From assembly GCF_024700885.2 (NCBI RefSeq), contig NZ_CP117016.1: a stretch of DNA of 64,000 bases. One strand, given 5' to 3'. The stretch comes from Escherichia coli (GTDB lineage: Bacteria; Pseudomonadota; Gammaproteobacteria; Enterobacterales; Enterobacteriaceae). Shown piece by piece: positions 54,209 through 61,658 of the stretch; the stretch's first letter is position 1; each line of letters opens with the position of its first letter. The notes under the pieces are model-generated. The model did no database searches and was not told where the DNA came from. It saw nothing but the letters and a program-made list of their open reading frames with translations. The position numbers and the translations under genes are program-made.

Positions 54209-54955
54209 ATGAAAAACATTGCGGCAGTTGGGGTTCTTGAACGTATTCGCAGACTTGCACCACAGGGGTCGGTTCCACCGTACCGGACGGTGGAGGAGTG
54301 GCGGGAATGGCAACTTGCTGAAGGACGAAAACGCAGCGAGGAGATTAACCGCCAGAATCGCCAGTTGCGGGTGGAAAAAATCCTGAATCGTTCGGGCATC
54401 CAGCCTCTGCACAGCAAATGCTCGTTTGCAAATTATCAGGTGCAGAACGACGGGCAAAAATACGCGCTGAGCCAGGCCAAATCCATAGCTGACGAACTGA
54501 TGACCGGGTGCACGAATTTTGTGTTCAGCGGTAAAACCGGCACCGGGAAAAATCACCTTGCAGCGGCGATGGGCAACCGGCTGATGGTGAAGGGGCGCAG
54601 CGTGATTATCGTCACCGTGTCTGACGTCATGAGCGTGTTGCATGACAGCTACGACAACGGCAAATCCGGGGAAAAATTTTTACAGGAGCTTTGCGGGGTT
54701 GATTTGCTGGTCCTGGATGAAATAGGCGTTCAGCGGGAGACGAAAAACGAGCAGGTGGTATTGCACCAGATAATTGATCGCCGGACAGCATCACTGTGCA
54801 GTGTCGGGATGTTAACAAACCTGAATCATGCCGCAATGAGTACGCTTCTTGGTGAGAGGATTATGGACCGCATGACCATGAACGGTGGTCGATGGGTGAC
54901 GTTTAACTGGGATAGCTGGCGTCCAAATGTCAGCAATATGAGGGTTGTGAAGTAA
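54209..54955 (+). CDS. DnaC-like helicase loader (IstB-like AAA+ ATPase)
   Basis: Walker A GKTGTGKNHL and Walker B LLVLDEIG; 248 aa; directly after the initiator gene. Confidence 0.8.
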   Translation: MKNIAAVGVLERIRRLAPQGSVPPYRTVEEWREWQLAEGRKRSEEINRQNRQLRVEKILNRSGIQPLHSKCSFANYQVQNDGQKYALSQAKSIADELMTGCTNFVFSGKTGTGKNHLAAAMGNRLMVKGRSVIIVTVSDVMSVLHDSYDNGKSGEKFLQELCGVDLLVLDEIGVQRETKNEQVVLHQIIDRRTASLCSVGMLTNLNHAAMSTLLGERIMDRMTMNGGRWVTFNWDSWRPNVSNMRVVK

Positions 54956-54976
54956 TTTTGTCCGGAGGAAATTTTA

Positions 54977-55747
54977 ATGGAAACCGTATCTGACGCACTG
55001 AAAGCACTGAAAAAAGCCTCTTCACATGTGGTGGCAGCTCGCCTTGGAATCAGTCGTGAAGAGGCTGTCAACGAGCTGTGGGAACTCAAAAGAAATGGCG
55101 TCGTTGATAAAACTGGTCACACCTGGTTTCTGGCTGGCGAAGGTGAATCCCGGGTAACCGAAGAGCGGCCAGTAAAATCTGAAGCACAGGATATGCTGAC
55201 CGGGGAGGTCGAACAAAAAGTTACCGCAGACATGATGATTGAGTTTATCGGTCAGGATGGGGCTAAAACGTGTGAGGAACTGGCGGGTAAGTTCGGTGTC
55301 AGTACTCGCAAGGTTGCTTCCACGCTGGCGGTGGTAACCGCAACGGGGCGGCTGGCACGCGTTAATCAGAACGGTAAATTTCGTTACTGCATGCCGGGCG
55401 ATAATTTACCAGCAGAGCCGAAAGCCGCGCTGGTAACGGAAAGTGATGGTAAGGCCTTTCCTCAGCCAGCAGGTGCTGCGTTACCAGTCCGGGAAGCCGC
55501 AACACAGGAAGAAATTAAAACAGAAACTGTGGCGGACATTGTGCAGCCGTTGCCATCGTTTACCGAAACGCAAGCAGATGAGCTGATTTTTCCGTCCCTT
55601 CGCAGGGCAAACCTGGCGCTGCGCAGGGCGAAAAGTGATGTTCAGAAGTGGGAGCGAGTCTGCGCCGCGCTGCGGGAGCTGAACAAGCACCGGGATATTG
55701 TTCGACAGATTACTGATTCTTCCCGCCGTGTTGTATCGGAAAAGTGA
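54977..55747 (+). CDS. Hypothetical phage protein (256 aa) with two winged-helix-like segments
   Basis: ORF with RBS-like GGAGG upstream; segments VAARLGISREEAVNELWELKRNGVV and CEELAGKFGVSTRKVASTLAVV resemble HTH units. Confidence 0.45.
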   Translation: METVSDALKALKKASSHVVAARLGISREEAVNELWELKRNGVVDKTGHTWFLAGEGESRVTEERPVKSEAQDMLTGEVEQKVTADMMIEFIGQDGAKTCEELAGKFGVSTRKVASTLAVVTATGRLARVNQNGKFRYCMPGDNLPAEPKAALVTESDGKAFPQPAGAALPVREAATQEEIKTETVADIVQPLPSFTETQADELIFPSLRRANLALRRAKSDVQKWERVCAALRELNKHRDIVRQITDSSRRVVSEK

Positions 55748-55762
55748 TTGCCGGAGGCGCTT

Positions 55763-56185
55763 ATGGCAAAAGTATTTACACAAGAAGAGCGGGAAAAAAT
55801 TAAAGGGCAGGTTGTTGAACTTGTACGTCTGAGCGGTCGCGAGACGTTGCGGCAACTGGAAGCCAAGACAGGTGCGACAAGATATCTGATGAGTGTTCTC
55901 GCCAGAGAGCTGGTTGCCAGTGGCGATGTATACAACTCTGTTTACGGGTTATTCCCGTCTGAACAGGCGCGTAAGGACTGGCAAAACGCCCGCAAAAAAC
56001 TCTCAAGGGCAAATCTGAAGAAACCATCTGTGGTTGATCCTGACCTTATCTGGACATTACCCGACGGAGAAATACGCCGCTACGACAGGCGTATGAACAT
56101 AATCTGTCGCGAGTGCCGGAAGAGTGAAGTTATGCAGCGCATATTGTCGTTTTATCAGGGTGATGTTCGGTATTTATTGAAGTGA
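55763..56185 (+). CDS. Hypothetical phage protein (140 aa)
   Basis: ATG at 55763 preceded by GGAGG at 5-nt spacing (MAKVFTQEEREKIKGQVVELV...). Confidence 0.45.
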   Translation: MAKVFTQEEREKIKGQVVELVRLSGRETLRQLEAKTGATRYLMSVLARELVASGDVYNSVYGLFPSEQARKDWQNARKKLSRANLKKPSVVDPDLIWTLPDGEIRRYDRRMNIICRECRKSEVMQRILSFYQGDVRYLLK

Positions 56186-56352
56186 CGAGATTAAAGTGCA
56201 TTAGTTCAGATGCAAATTGACATTTTGTGGCACAGGGTAGAGCTAGCGTGGTTGTCCGCTTTGTGCCAGAAGCGGACATAGCAGGTGCCAGATGCATTTG
56301 TTATTCTTCATTGAATTGAGCAGTATCCTTAACAGGAACTCTGAATACATAA

Positions 56353-56991
56353 ATGAAGATGAAAAACATGTCTGAAGTGTTGACCCAAGAAAAGCTTATT
56401 TTTGTTGCCCAGAGACTAAATGCCCTCGCGCAGTCAGGCCTGACCTATTCAAAAGACGTCTTTGACAAGGAACGCTATGAAGCCTTGCGTGAAATTGCCG
56501 CTGGACTGCTGAGTTCGCAGTTTGATATTAGCCGCAATGATTTGTTTCATGTATCGGAAACGGGTTACGCGACGCCCAAAACAGATGTGCGTGCGTTTAT
56601 CCTGCGTAATAATCGTATTCTGATGGTGAAAGAGGCTGCAGATGGATTATGGAGTCTTCCTGGCGGATGGGCAGATGTTGGAGATACACCTTCTGAAGCT
56701 GTGCGTCGAGAGGTCGAAGAAGAAACCGGATTAAAAGTCAGAGTGACTAAACTATTGGGAGTTTGGGATCGTAATCTTCACGGCCATCCGCCTTTACCCT
56801 GGCATGTTTACAAGCTGATTTTTCTCTGTGAAGAAGTAGGTGGCAGCCTGTCAATCAGCCATGAGTCACTCGATGCTGATTTTTTTGATGTCAACGACCT
56901 GCCTGAATTGTCGCTTTCAAGAATTGTGCCTGAGCAGATTGCTGTCAGCCTGAGAGTAGCGAAAGGTGATGAAAAAACATGGTTTGATTAA
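56353..56991 (+). CDS. NUDIX hydrolase with Nudix_N-type N-terminal domain (prophage cargo)
   Basis: Nudix box GGWADVGDTPSEAVRREVEEETGL (Gx5Ex7REUxEExGU); N-terminal ~60 aa resemble the Nudix N-terminal extension of ADP-ribose pyrophosphatase-type enzymes. Start may be 56359 or 56368. Confidence 0.8.
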   Translation: MKMKNMSEVLTQEKLIFVAQRLNALAQSGLTYSKDVFDKERYEALREIAAGLLSSQFDISRNDLFHVSETGYATPKTDVRAFILRNNRILMVKEAADGLWSLPGGWADVGDTPSEAVRREVEEETGLKVRVTKLLGVWDRNLHGHPPLPWHVYKLIFLCEEVGGSLSISHESLDADFFDVNDLPELSLSRIVPEQIAVSLRVAKGDEKTWFD

Positions 56992-57020
56992 CTTTCTTCT
57001 GCAACCATTAAGGAATGGCA

Positions 57021-57659
57021 ATGATATTCAACGCTAAGGGTTTTTTATTCGATATGGACGGTACGCTGGTTGATTCAACAGCCGTAGTGGAAAGCGTCTG
57101 GAGAGATTTTTGTGCAGAATACGGTCTTGATACTCAGGCTGTGATTGCTTACGCACACGGGCGGCAAACGATTGATACACTGACGCATTTTATTGGTGCA
57201 GGTGAGAAAACCAATAAAATCGCGGCCTCACTCGAAGAGGTTGAAATCAACACGACAGAAGGCGTTACTGAAGTAAAAGGGGCCGCTGCACTCTTATCAA
57301 AACTGCCACCGGATAGCTGGGCACTTGTTACTTCTGCAGGCAGAATGCTTGCCGAAAACAGGATGAAAGCGGCTAATCTCCCCTTACCCATAGTAATGGT
57401 GTGTGCAGAAGATGTAATGACGGGAAAACCAAGTCCCGAGGGTTACATCAAAGCAGCTTTGGCTTTGGGCCTTGAGCCTGGTGAATGCGTGGTATTTGAG
57501 GATGCATCTGCGGGTATAAAAGCAGGGCTGGCAAGTGGAGCTTCGGTAATAGCTGTTCAGCCTGACGCTCTGGGATCATCTGAAGCCCATGCCGTCAGCG
57601 AGCTGTCTGACATTATGGTCAAGATTTCCGGAGAACGTTTCAATATCATCTGTGGTTAA
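57021..57659 (+). CDS. HAD-superfamily phosphatase (beta-phosphoglucomutase-like subfamily)
   Basis: Motif I FDMDGTLVDS, motif II VTSAG, motif IV EDASAGIKAG; ATG at 57021 is 6 nt after AAGGA; 29 bp downstream of the Nudix gene. Confidence 0.8.
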   Translation: MIFNAKGFLFDMDGTLVDSTAVVESVWRDFCAEYGLDTQAVIAYAHGRQTIDTLTHFIGAGEKTNKIAASLEEVEINTTEGVTEVKGAAALLSKLPPDSWALVTSAGRMLAENRMKAANLPLPIVMVCAEDVMTGKPSPEGYIKAALALGLEPGECVVFEDASAGIKAGLASGASVIAVQPDALGSSEAHAVSELSDIMVKISGERFNIICG

Positions 57660-57922
57660 TCACGTTACACAATACGCATCAATGGACGCTGAGTAGTTCG
57701 CGAGTTTTAAACTTCCAACGTCCGCTTTTCGCTCAAAGCGGACTAGAAGGTTAGCTTGCGTCGGACTTGGCGTATTTAAAGAAGTGCTGGTGGTGACTGG
57801 TTGTTGTGTTCCATTTCTACAGAACAAAATCACAGAAACTATACCCAATAGTTGTATTGAATCACTGACGAGACAGCCTCATATTTATCAGGACTGGTGT
57901 ACGTCCAATACAGGAGGTTGTG

Positions 57923-58012
57923 GTGCTGGTTCTCAAATGTGCGCTGGCTATTGCTGCTGTAATGGCAATTTATTGCCTTGCTGTTGTTCTTATGGATCGC
58001 CTTTCTGATTGA
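57923..58012 (+). CDS. Candidate small hydrophobic peptide (29 aa) with strong Shine-Dalgarno
   Basis: AGGAGG at 57912-57917, then GTG at 57923 (or 57920); translation MLVLKCALAIAAVMAIYCLAVVLMDRLSD has a single predicted TM helix and charged tail; not in the ORF track (<60 aa). Confidence 0.3.
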   Translation: MLVLKCALAIAAVMAIYCLAVVLMDRLSD

Positions 58013-58223
58013 TTTCATATTGGCGAGGTGACGGGAGTTAAGTAGAATGGCTGCGGGTGCTTGAGGCTATCTGTCTCAGGCATGAACACCAAAGGCAGAT
58101 AGAGAAAAGCCCCAGTTAACATTACGCGTCCTGCAAGACGCTTAACATTAATCTGAGGCCATATCTATGCTCTACACACGTAGGTTAGCCTCTTACGTGC
58201 CGAAAGGCAAGGAGAAGCAGGCT

Positions 58224-58379
58224 ATGAAGCAGCAAAAGGCGATGCTAATCGCCCTGATCGTCATCTGTTTAACCGTCATGGTGACGGCACTGGTAACGAG
58301 GAAAGACCTCTGCGAGGTACGAATCCGAACCGGCCAGACGGAGGTCGCTGTCTTCACAGCTTACGAACCTGAGGAGTAA
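58224..58379 (+). CDS. hok: Hok/Gef-family type I toxin (51 aa), near-identical to HokD/RelF
   Basis: MKQQKAMLIALIVICLTVMVTALVTRKDLCEVRIRTGQTEVAVFTAYEPEE; the in-frame upstream extension in the track (from 58167) is not the toxin start. Confidence 0.85.
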   Translation: MKQQKAMLIALIVICLTVMVTALVTRKDLCEVRIRTGQTEVAVFTAYEPEE

Positions 58380-58447
58380 GAGACCCGGCGGGGGAGAAAT
58401 CCCTCGCCACCGCTGATGTGTCAGGCATCCTCAACGCACCCGCACTT

Positions 58448-58474
58448 AACCCGCTTCGGCGGGTTTTGTTTTTT
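58448..58474 (+). terminator. Rho-independent terminator after hok
   Basis: aacccgcttcggcgggtt hairpin followed by TTGTTTTTT. Confidence 0.65.
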
Positions 58475-58546
58475 CTGGTCGTTCTGGTTTACAATCCATC
58501 CGTCAGCCTGAACAACTGGCACCTGCTGCGCCAGCAGAGAAAACAG

Positions 58547-58825
58547 ATGGCGCACGATACCAAATTTTACAATTCGGATAACTCTGCCGCCCCTGCCAGC
58601 AGGCACGGGCGGCGTTCTCATGCATTCAAATCTGACTGGTATCAGCACGACCCCTGCACCGAAGAACAGGCTGAATGGCTCATTCAGTGTTACCGCAGGC
58701 GCGGATGCGAGGTTAAAAAAGCCCTTAGCCTCGACTACCGTCACTGGATAATCTCCGTCAGGCTCCCTTACTCAGAACGGCCAGCGCGTCCGTCCCGCAC
58801 ATTCCAGCAACGGATCTGGAGGTAA
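58547..58825 (+). CDS. Hypothetical protein (92 aa), Rem-position gene
   Basis: ATG at 58547 after the hok terminator (MAHDTKFYNSDNSAAPASRHGRR...); occupies the slot between hok and the DUF968-like gene, as rem does in Qin. Confidence 0.4.
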   Translation: MAHDTKFYNSDNSAAPASRHGRRSHAFKSDWYQHDPCTEEQAEWLIQCYRRRGCEVKKALSLDYRHWIISVRLPYSERPARPSRTFQQRIWR

Positions 58826-58826
58826 T

Positions 58827-59885
58827 GTGCGGGTATTACTTCGACCTGTTCTGGTACCGGAACTCGGTCTGGTTATCGTTAAGCCAGGCCGTGAATCAAT
58901 GTCAGCATTCCATAACGGCAGAATACTGGTGGAGCCGGAACCAAAAAGCATGCGTAATCTGCCGTCCGGGGTCGTTCCTGCCGCTCGCCAGCCGCTGGTG
59001 GAAGACAAAACATTGCTGCCGTTTTTCAGTAACGCACGGGTGATTCGTGCTGCTGGTGGTGCTGGTGCATTGTCTGACTGGCTGTTGCGCCATATTAAAT
59101 CCTGCCAGTGGCCACACGGCGATTATCATCACAGCGAAACCGTCATTCACCGTTATGGTACCGGCGCAATGGTGTTGTGCTGGCACTGCGACAACCAGCT
59201 GCGTGACCAGACATCCGAATCACTCGGGCAACTTGCTCATCAAAACCTGTCAGCATGGATGATTGACGTCATCGGTCACGCAATAAGCGGTACGCAGGAG
59301 CGTGAATTATCTCTGGCTGAATTATCCTGGTGGGCGGTCCGCAATCAGGTGGCGGACGCGCTACCGGAAGCGGTATTACGTCGTTCGCTGGGGTTGCGTG
59401 CGGAAAAAATTCGCTCTGTGTACAGTGAAAGCGACATCATACCGGGAGAGCAGACCGCCACCAGCATACTGAAGCAGCGCACAAAAAATATTGCGTTACT
59501 GCCTCACGTCCACCAGCAACAGAACCCACCACAGGAAAAGACGGTGGTCAGCATTGCCGTTGATCCGGAGTCACCGGCTCAGTATCTCCAGCGCCAGAAA
59601 TCACAACGGGAAGAGATGCCTGTATACACGCGCTGGGTAAAAACGCAGAAATGCATGACGTGTGGCAATCAGGCAGATGATCCGCATCACATCATTGGTC
59701 ATGGACTGGGAGGGATGGGAACAAAGGCTGATGATTTGTTTGTTATTCCGTTATGCCGTAAATGCCGTAACGAACTACATGCCGGAGTAAAAGATTTTGA
59801 AGAGAAACACGGCAGTCAGCTGTTGTTGCTGATTCGTTTTTTAATGCACGCGAGAAATTCGGGTGTTCTGAAGTGGAAAGCATAA
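58827..59885 (+). CDS. DUF968-like protein (YdfU-like, 352 aa)
   Basis: GTG at 58827 preceded by GGAGG; Cys/His-rich C-terminal segment (CMTCGNQADDPHHIIGHGLGG...CRKCRNELH); synteny hok-rem-ydfU as in Qin. Confidence 0.55.
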   Translation: MRVLLRPVLVPELGLVIVKPGRESMSAFHNGRILVEPEPKSMRNLPSGVVPAARQPLVEDKTLLPFFSNARVIRAAGGAGALSDWLLRHIKSCQWPHGDYHHSETVIHRYGTGAMVLCWHCDNQLRDQTSESLGQLAHQNLSAWMIDVIGHAISGTQERELSLAELSWWAVRNQVADALPEAVLRRSLGLRAEKIRSVYSESDIIPGEQTATSILKQRTKNIALLPHVHQQQNPPQEKTVVSIAVDPESPAQYLQRQKSQREEMPVYTRWVKTQKCMTCGNQADDPHHIIGHGLGGMGTKADDLFVIPLCRKCRNELHAGVKDFEEKHGSQLLLLIRFLMHARNSGVLKWKA

Positions 59886-60266
59886 ATGACCGAGCGCATA
59901 GAATTTGTTTTACCTTACCCGCCGACGGTGAACACTTACTGGCGACGCCGTGGCAGCACATATTTTATCTCGGAGGAGGGAAAGCGTTATCGCCGGGCTG
60001 TGGCGCTTATTGTTCGCCAGCAGCGGCTGAAATTAAGCCTGTCCGGAAGGCTGGCGATAAAGGTGATTGCAGAGCCACCGGATAAGCGTCGTCGCGACCT
60101 GGACAATATCCTGAAAGCACCGCTGGATGCGCTGACGCATGCGGGAGTGTTAATGGACGATGAGCAGTTTGATGAAATCAATATCGTTCGTGGTCAGCCA
60201 GTATCTGGTGGACGTCTGGGGGTGAAGATTTACCCCATAATGCATGAAGAGCAGGTCAAAAAATGA
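59886..60266 (+). CDS. rusA: RusA-family Holliday-junction resolvase
   Basis: 126-aa ORF with MTERIEFVLPYPPTVNTYWRRRG and the catalytic-region motif DKRRRDLDNILKAPLDALTHAGVLMDDEQF. Confidence 0.75.
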   Translation: MTERIEFVLPYPPTVNTYWRRRGSTYFISEEGKRYRRAVALIVRQQRLKLSLSGRLAIKVIAEPPDKRRRDLDNILKAPLDALTHAGVLMDDEQFDEINIVRGQPVSGGRLGVKIYPIMHEEQVKK

Positions 60267-61084
60267 AACTGGAAGATTTACCGAAATACTACTCCCCAAA
60301 ATCCCCTGGCCTGACCGATGCATCGGCCTCAACGTCAAAAGATGCGCTGAGTATCACTGATGTGATGGCCGCGCAGGGCATGACACAGAATCGGGCTGAG
60401 ATGGGGTTTTCTGCGTTCCTGGGGAAAATGGGCATCAGTATGAATGACAGGGCGCGGGCAACAGAATTACTGGCAGATTATGCACTCAGTCGGTGCGATC
60501 GTGTGGCGGCGTTGAGAAAACTTCCGGCAGAAATAAAACCGGTAGTGATGCGCATTATGGCTTCGTACGCTTTTGAGGATTATGCCCGCAGCGCAGCGAG
60601 TAAAAAGCAGTGCCCCTGTTGCCGAGGGGAAAAATTTATTGAAGGCGAAGTTTTTACAAACAAGGTTCAGTATCCGGATGGCAAGCCGCCAGTATGGGCA
60701 AAGTGTACGAAAGGTGTGTATCCGTCTTACTGGGAAGAATGGAAAAAAATTCGGGAGGTGGTGAAAGTTTCTTGTCCTGAATGTAAAGGGAAGGGGGAGA
60801 TTTCCACTGCCTGTAAAGACTGCCGTGGGCGTGGTGTTGCCATTCATCGTGAAGAGTCGGTAAAACGTGGTATGCCTGTTATCAGAGACTGCCAGCGTTG
60901 TGGTGGTCGTGGCTGTGAAAGACTACCATCAACGGAGGCATTTAATGCCATACGCAAAGTGACGAGTGCTATCACGCTTGATACGTGGAAAAAATCAGTG
61001 AAACGCTTTTACGATACGTTGGTGGTTCGGTTTGACATTGAAGAGGCATGGGCGGAGCGGCAGTTAAAGAGGGTAACGCGATAG
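60263..61084 (+). CDS. Putative late-gene antiterminator (Q-like) with four DnaJ-type CxxCxGxG zinc-finger repeats
   Basis: Position (after rusA, before a strong terminator and the late region) is that of Q; contains CPCCRGEK, CPECKGKG, CKDCRGRG and CQRCGGRG. Confidence 0.5.
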   Translation: MKLEDLPKYYSPKSPGLTDASASTSKDALSITDVMAAQGMTQNRAEMGFSAFLGKMGISMNDRARATELLADYALSRCDRVAALRKLPAEIKPVVMRIMASYAFEDYARSAASKKQCPCCRGEKFIEGEVFTNKVQYPDGKPPVWAKCTKGVYPSYWEEWKKIREVVKVSCPECKGKGEISTACKDCRGRGVAIHREESVKRGMPVIRDCQRCGGRGCERLPSTEAFNAIRKVTSAITLDTWKKSVKRFYDTLVVRFDIEEAWAERQLKRVTR

Positions 61085-61165
61085 TGTTGTTGATTTTTCC
61101 CGAATCTGTGGTAAATTTGCTCTAACGATGGGCGTTTTATGCCTGACGTTAGAAGATTTTTTACA

Positions 61166-61188
61166 CCCCGCCGCCTGGCGGGTTTTTT
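61166..61188 (+). terminator. Rho-independent terminator downstream of the Q-like gene (tR'-like)
   Basis: cccgccgcctggcggg hairpin followed by TTTTTT. Confidence 0.65.
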
Positions 61189-61310
61189 ATGACTGAAATC
61201 GCGTCAGTACAGTAAACGCGCTGGTGGCGGTGAATACCTGTCTTTCAGCTTGCTGGCTTTTTCGACAAGAGTTATTGGTGTGTCACGTTAACCGGAAAAG
61301 GGAAAAAGAC

Positions 61311-61508
61311 ATGCTAAAACAGCAGGATATGACAGAAACCGCCAGAGTGGTGTTTAATGAATTAAGCGTTACCGAACCGGCGACAGTCGGGGAGATAGCG
61401 CAGAATACTTACCTTTCACGCGAACGCTGCCAGTTAATACTGACCCAGCTGGTTATGGCGGGTCTGGCAGACTATCAGTTCGGTTGTTACAGACGCCTTC
61501 AGTCCTGA
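61311..61508 (+). CDS. Small hypothetical protein (65 aa)
   Basis: ATG at 61311 after AAGGGA (MLKQQDMTETARVVFNELSVTEPATVGEIAQN...); ends inside a terminator hairpin. Confidence 0.4.
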   Translation: MLKQQDMTETARVVFNELSVTEPATVGEIAQNTYLSRERCQLILTQLVMAGLADYQFGCYRRLQS

Positions 61509-61518
61509 AGGCTTTTTT
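61494..61518 (+). terminator. Rho-independent terminator
   Basis: gccttcagtcctgaaggc hairpin followed by TTTTTTATTT. Confidence 0.65.
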
Positions 61519-61658
61519 ATTTGTGGTAAATGGGCGGCTGGTGGGTGTTAGGGGCACCCACCAGCCATCTGCTCATGCGTTGGGTTCACAAGCAAACCTC
61601 AGGCCCACTGCTTTGCGCAAAAGCAGAATGAGCCTATCAGAGACAGGCTTAATGATCC

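Noticed and set aside
57784-58008. 74-aa Cys-rich ORF (…CAGYCCCNGNLLPCCCSYGSPF) as a bacteriocin/RiPP precursor
   Set aside because: No RBS and a non-ATG start; an overlapping alternative frame has a perfect AGGAGG and encodes a more conventional small membrane peptide. Kept as a caveat in the findings, not called as a feature.
58167-58546. In-frame upstream extension of hok (track ORF from 58167) and the N-terminal 43 codons of track ORF 58418-58825
   Set aside because: The Hok toxin is 51 aa from ATG 58224 by family knowledge; the second extension spans the hok terminator hairpin, so the downstream gene most likely starts at 58547.
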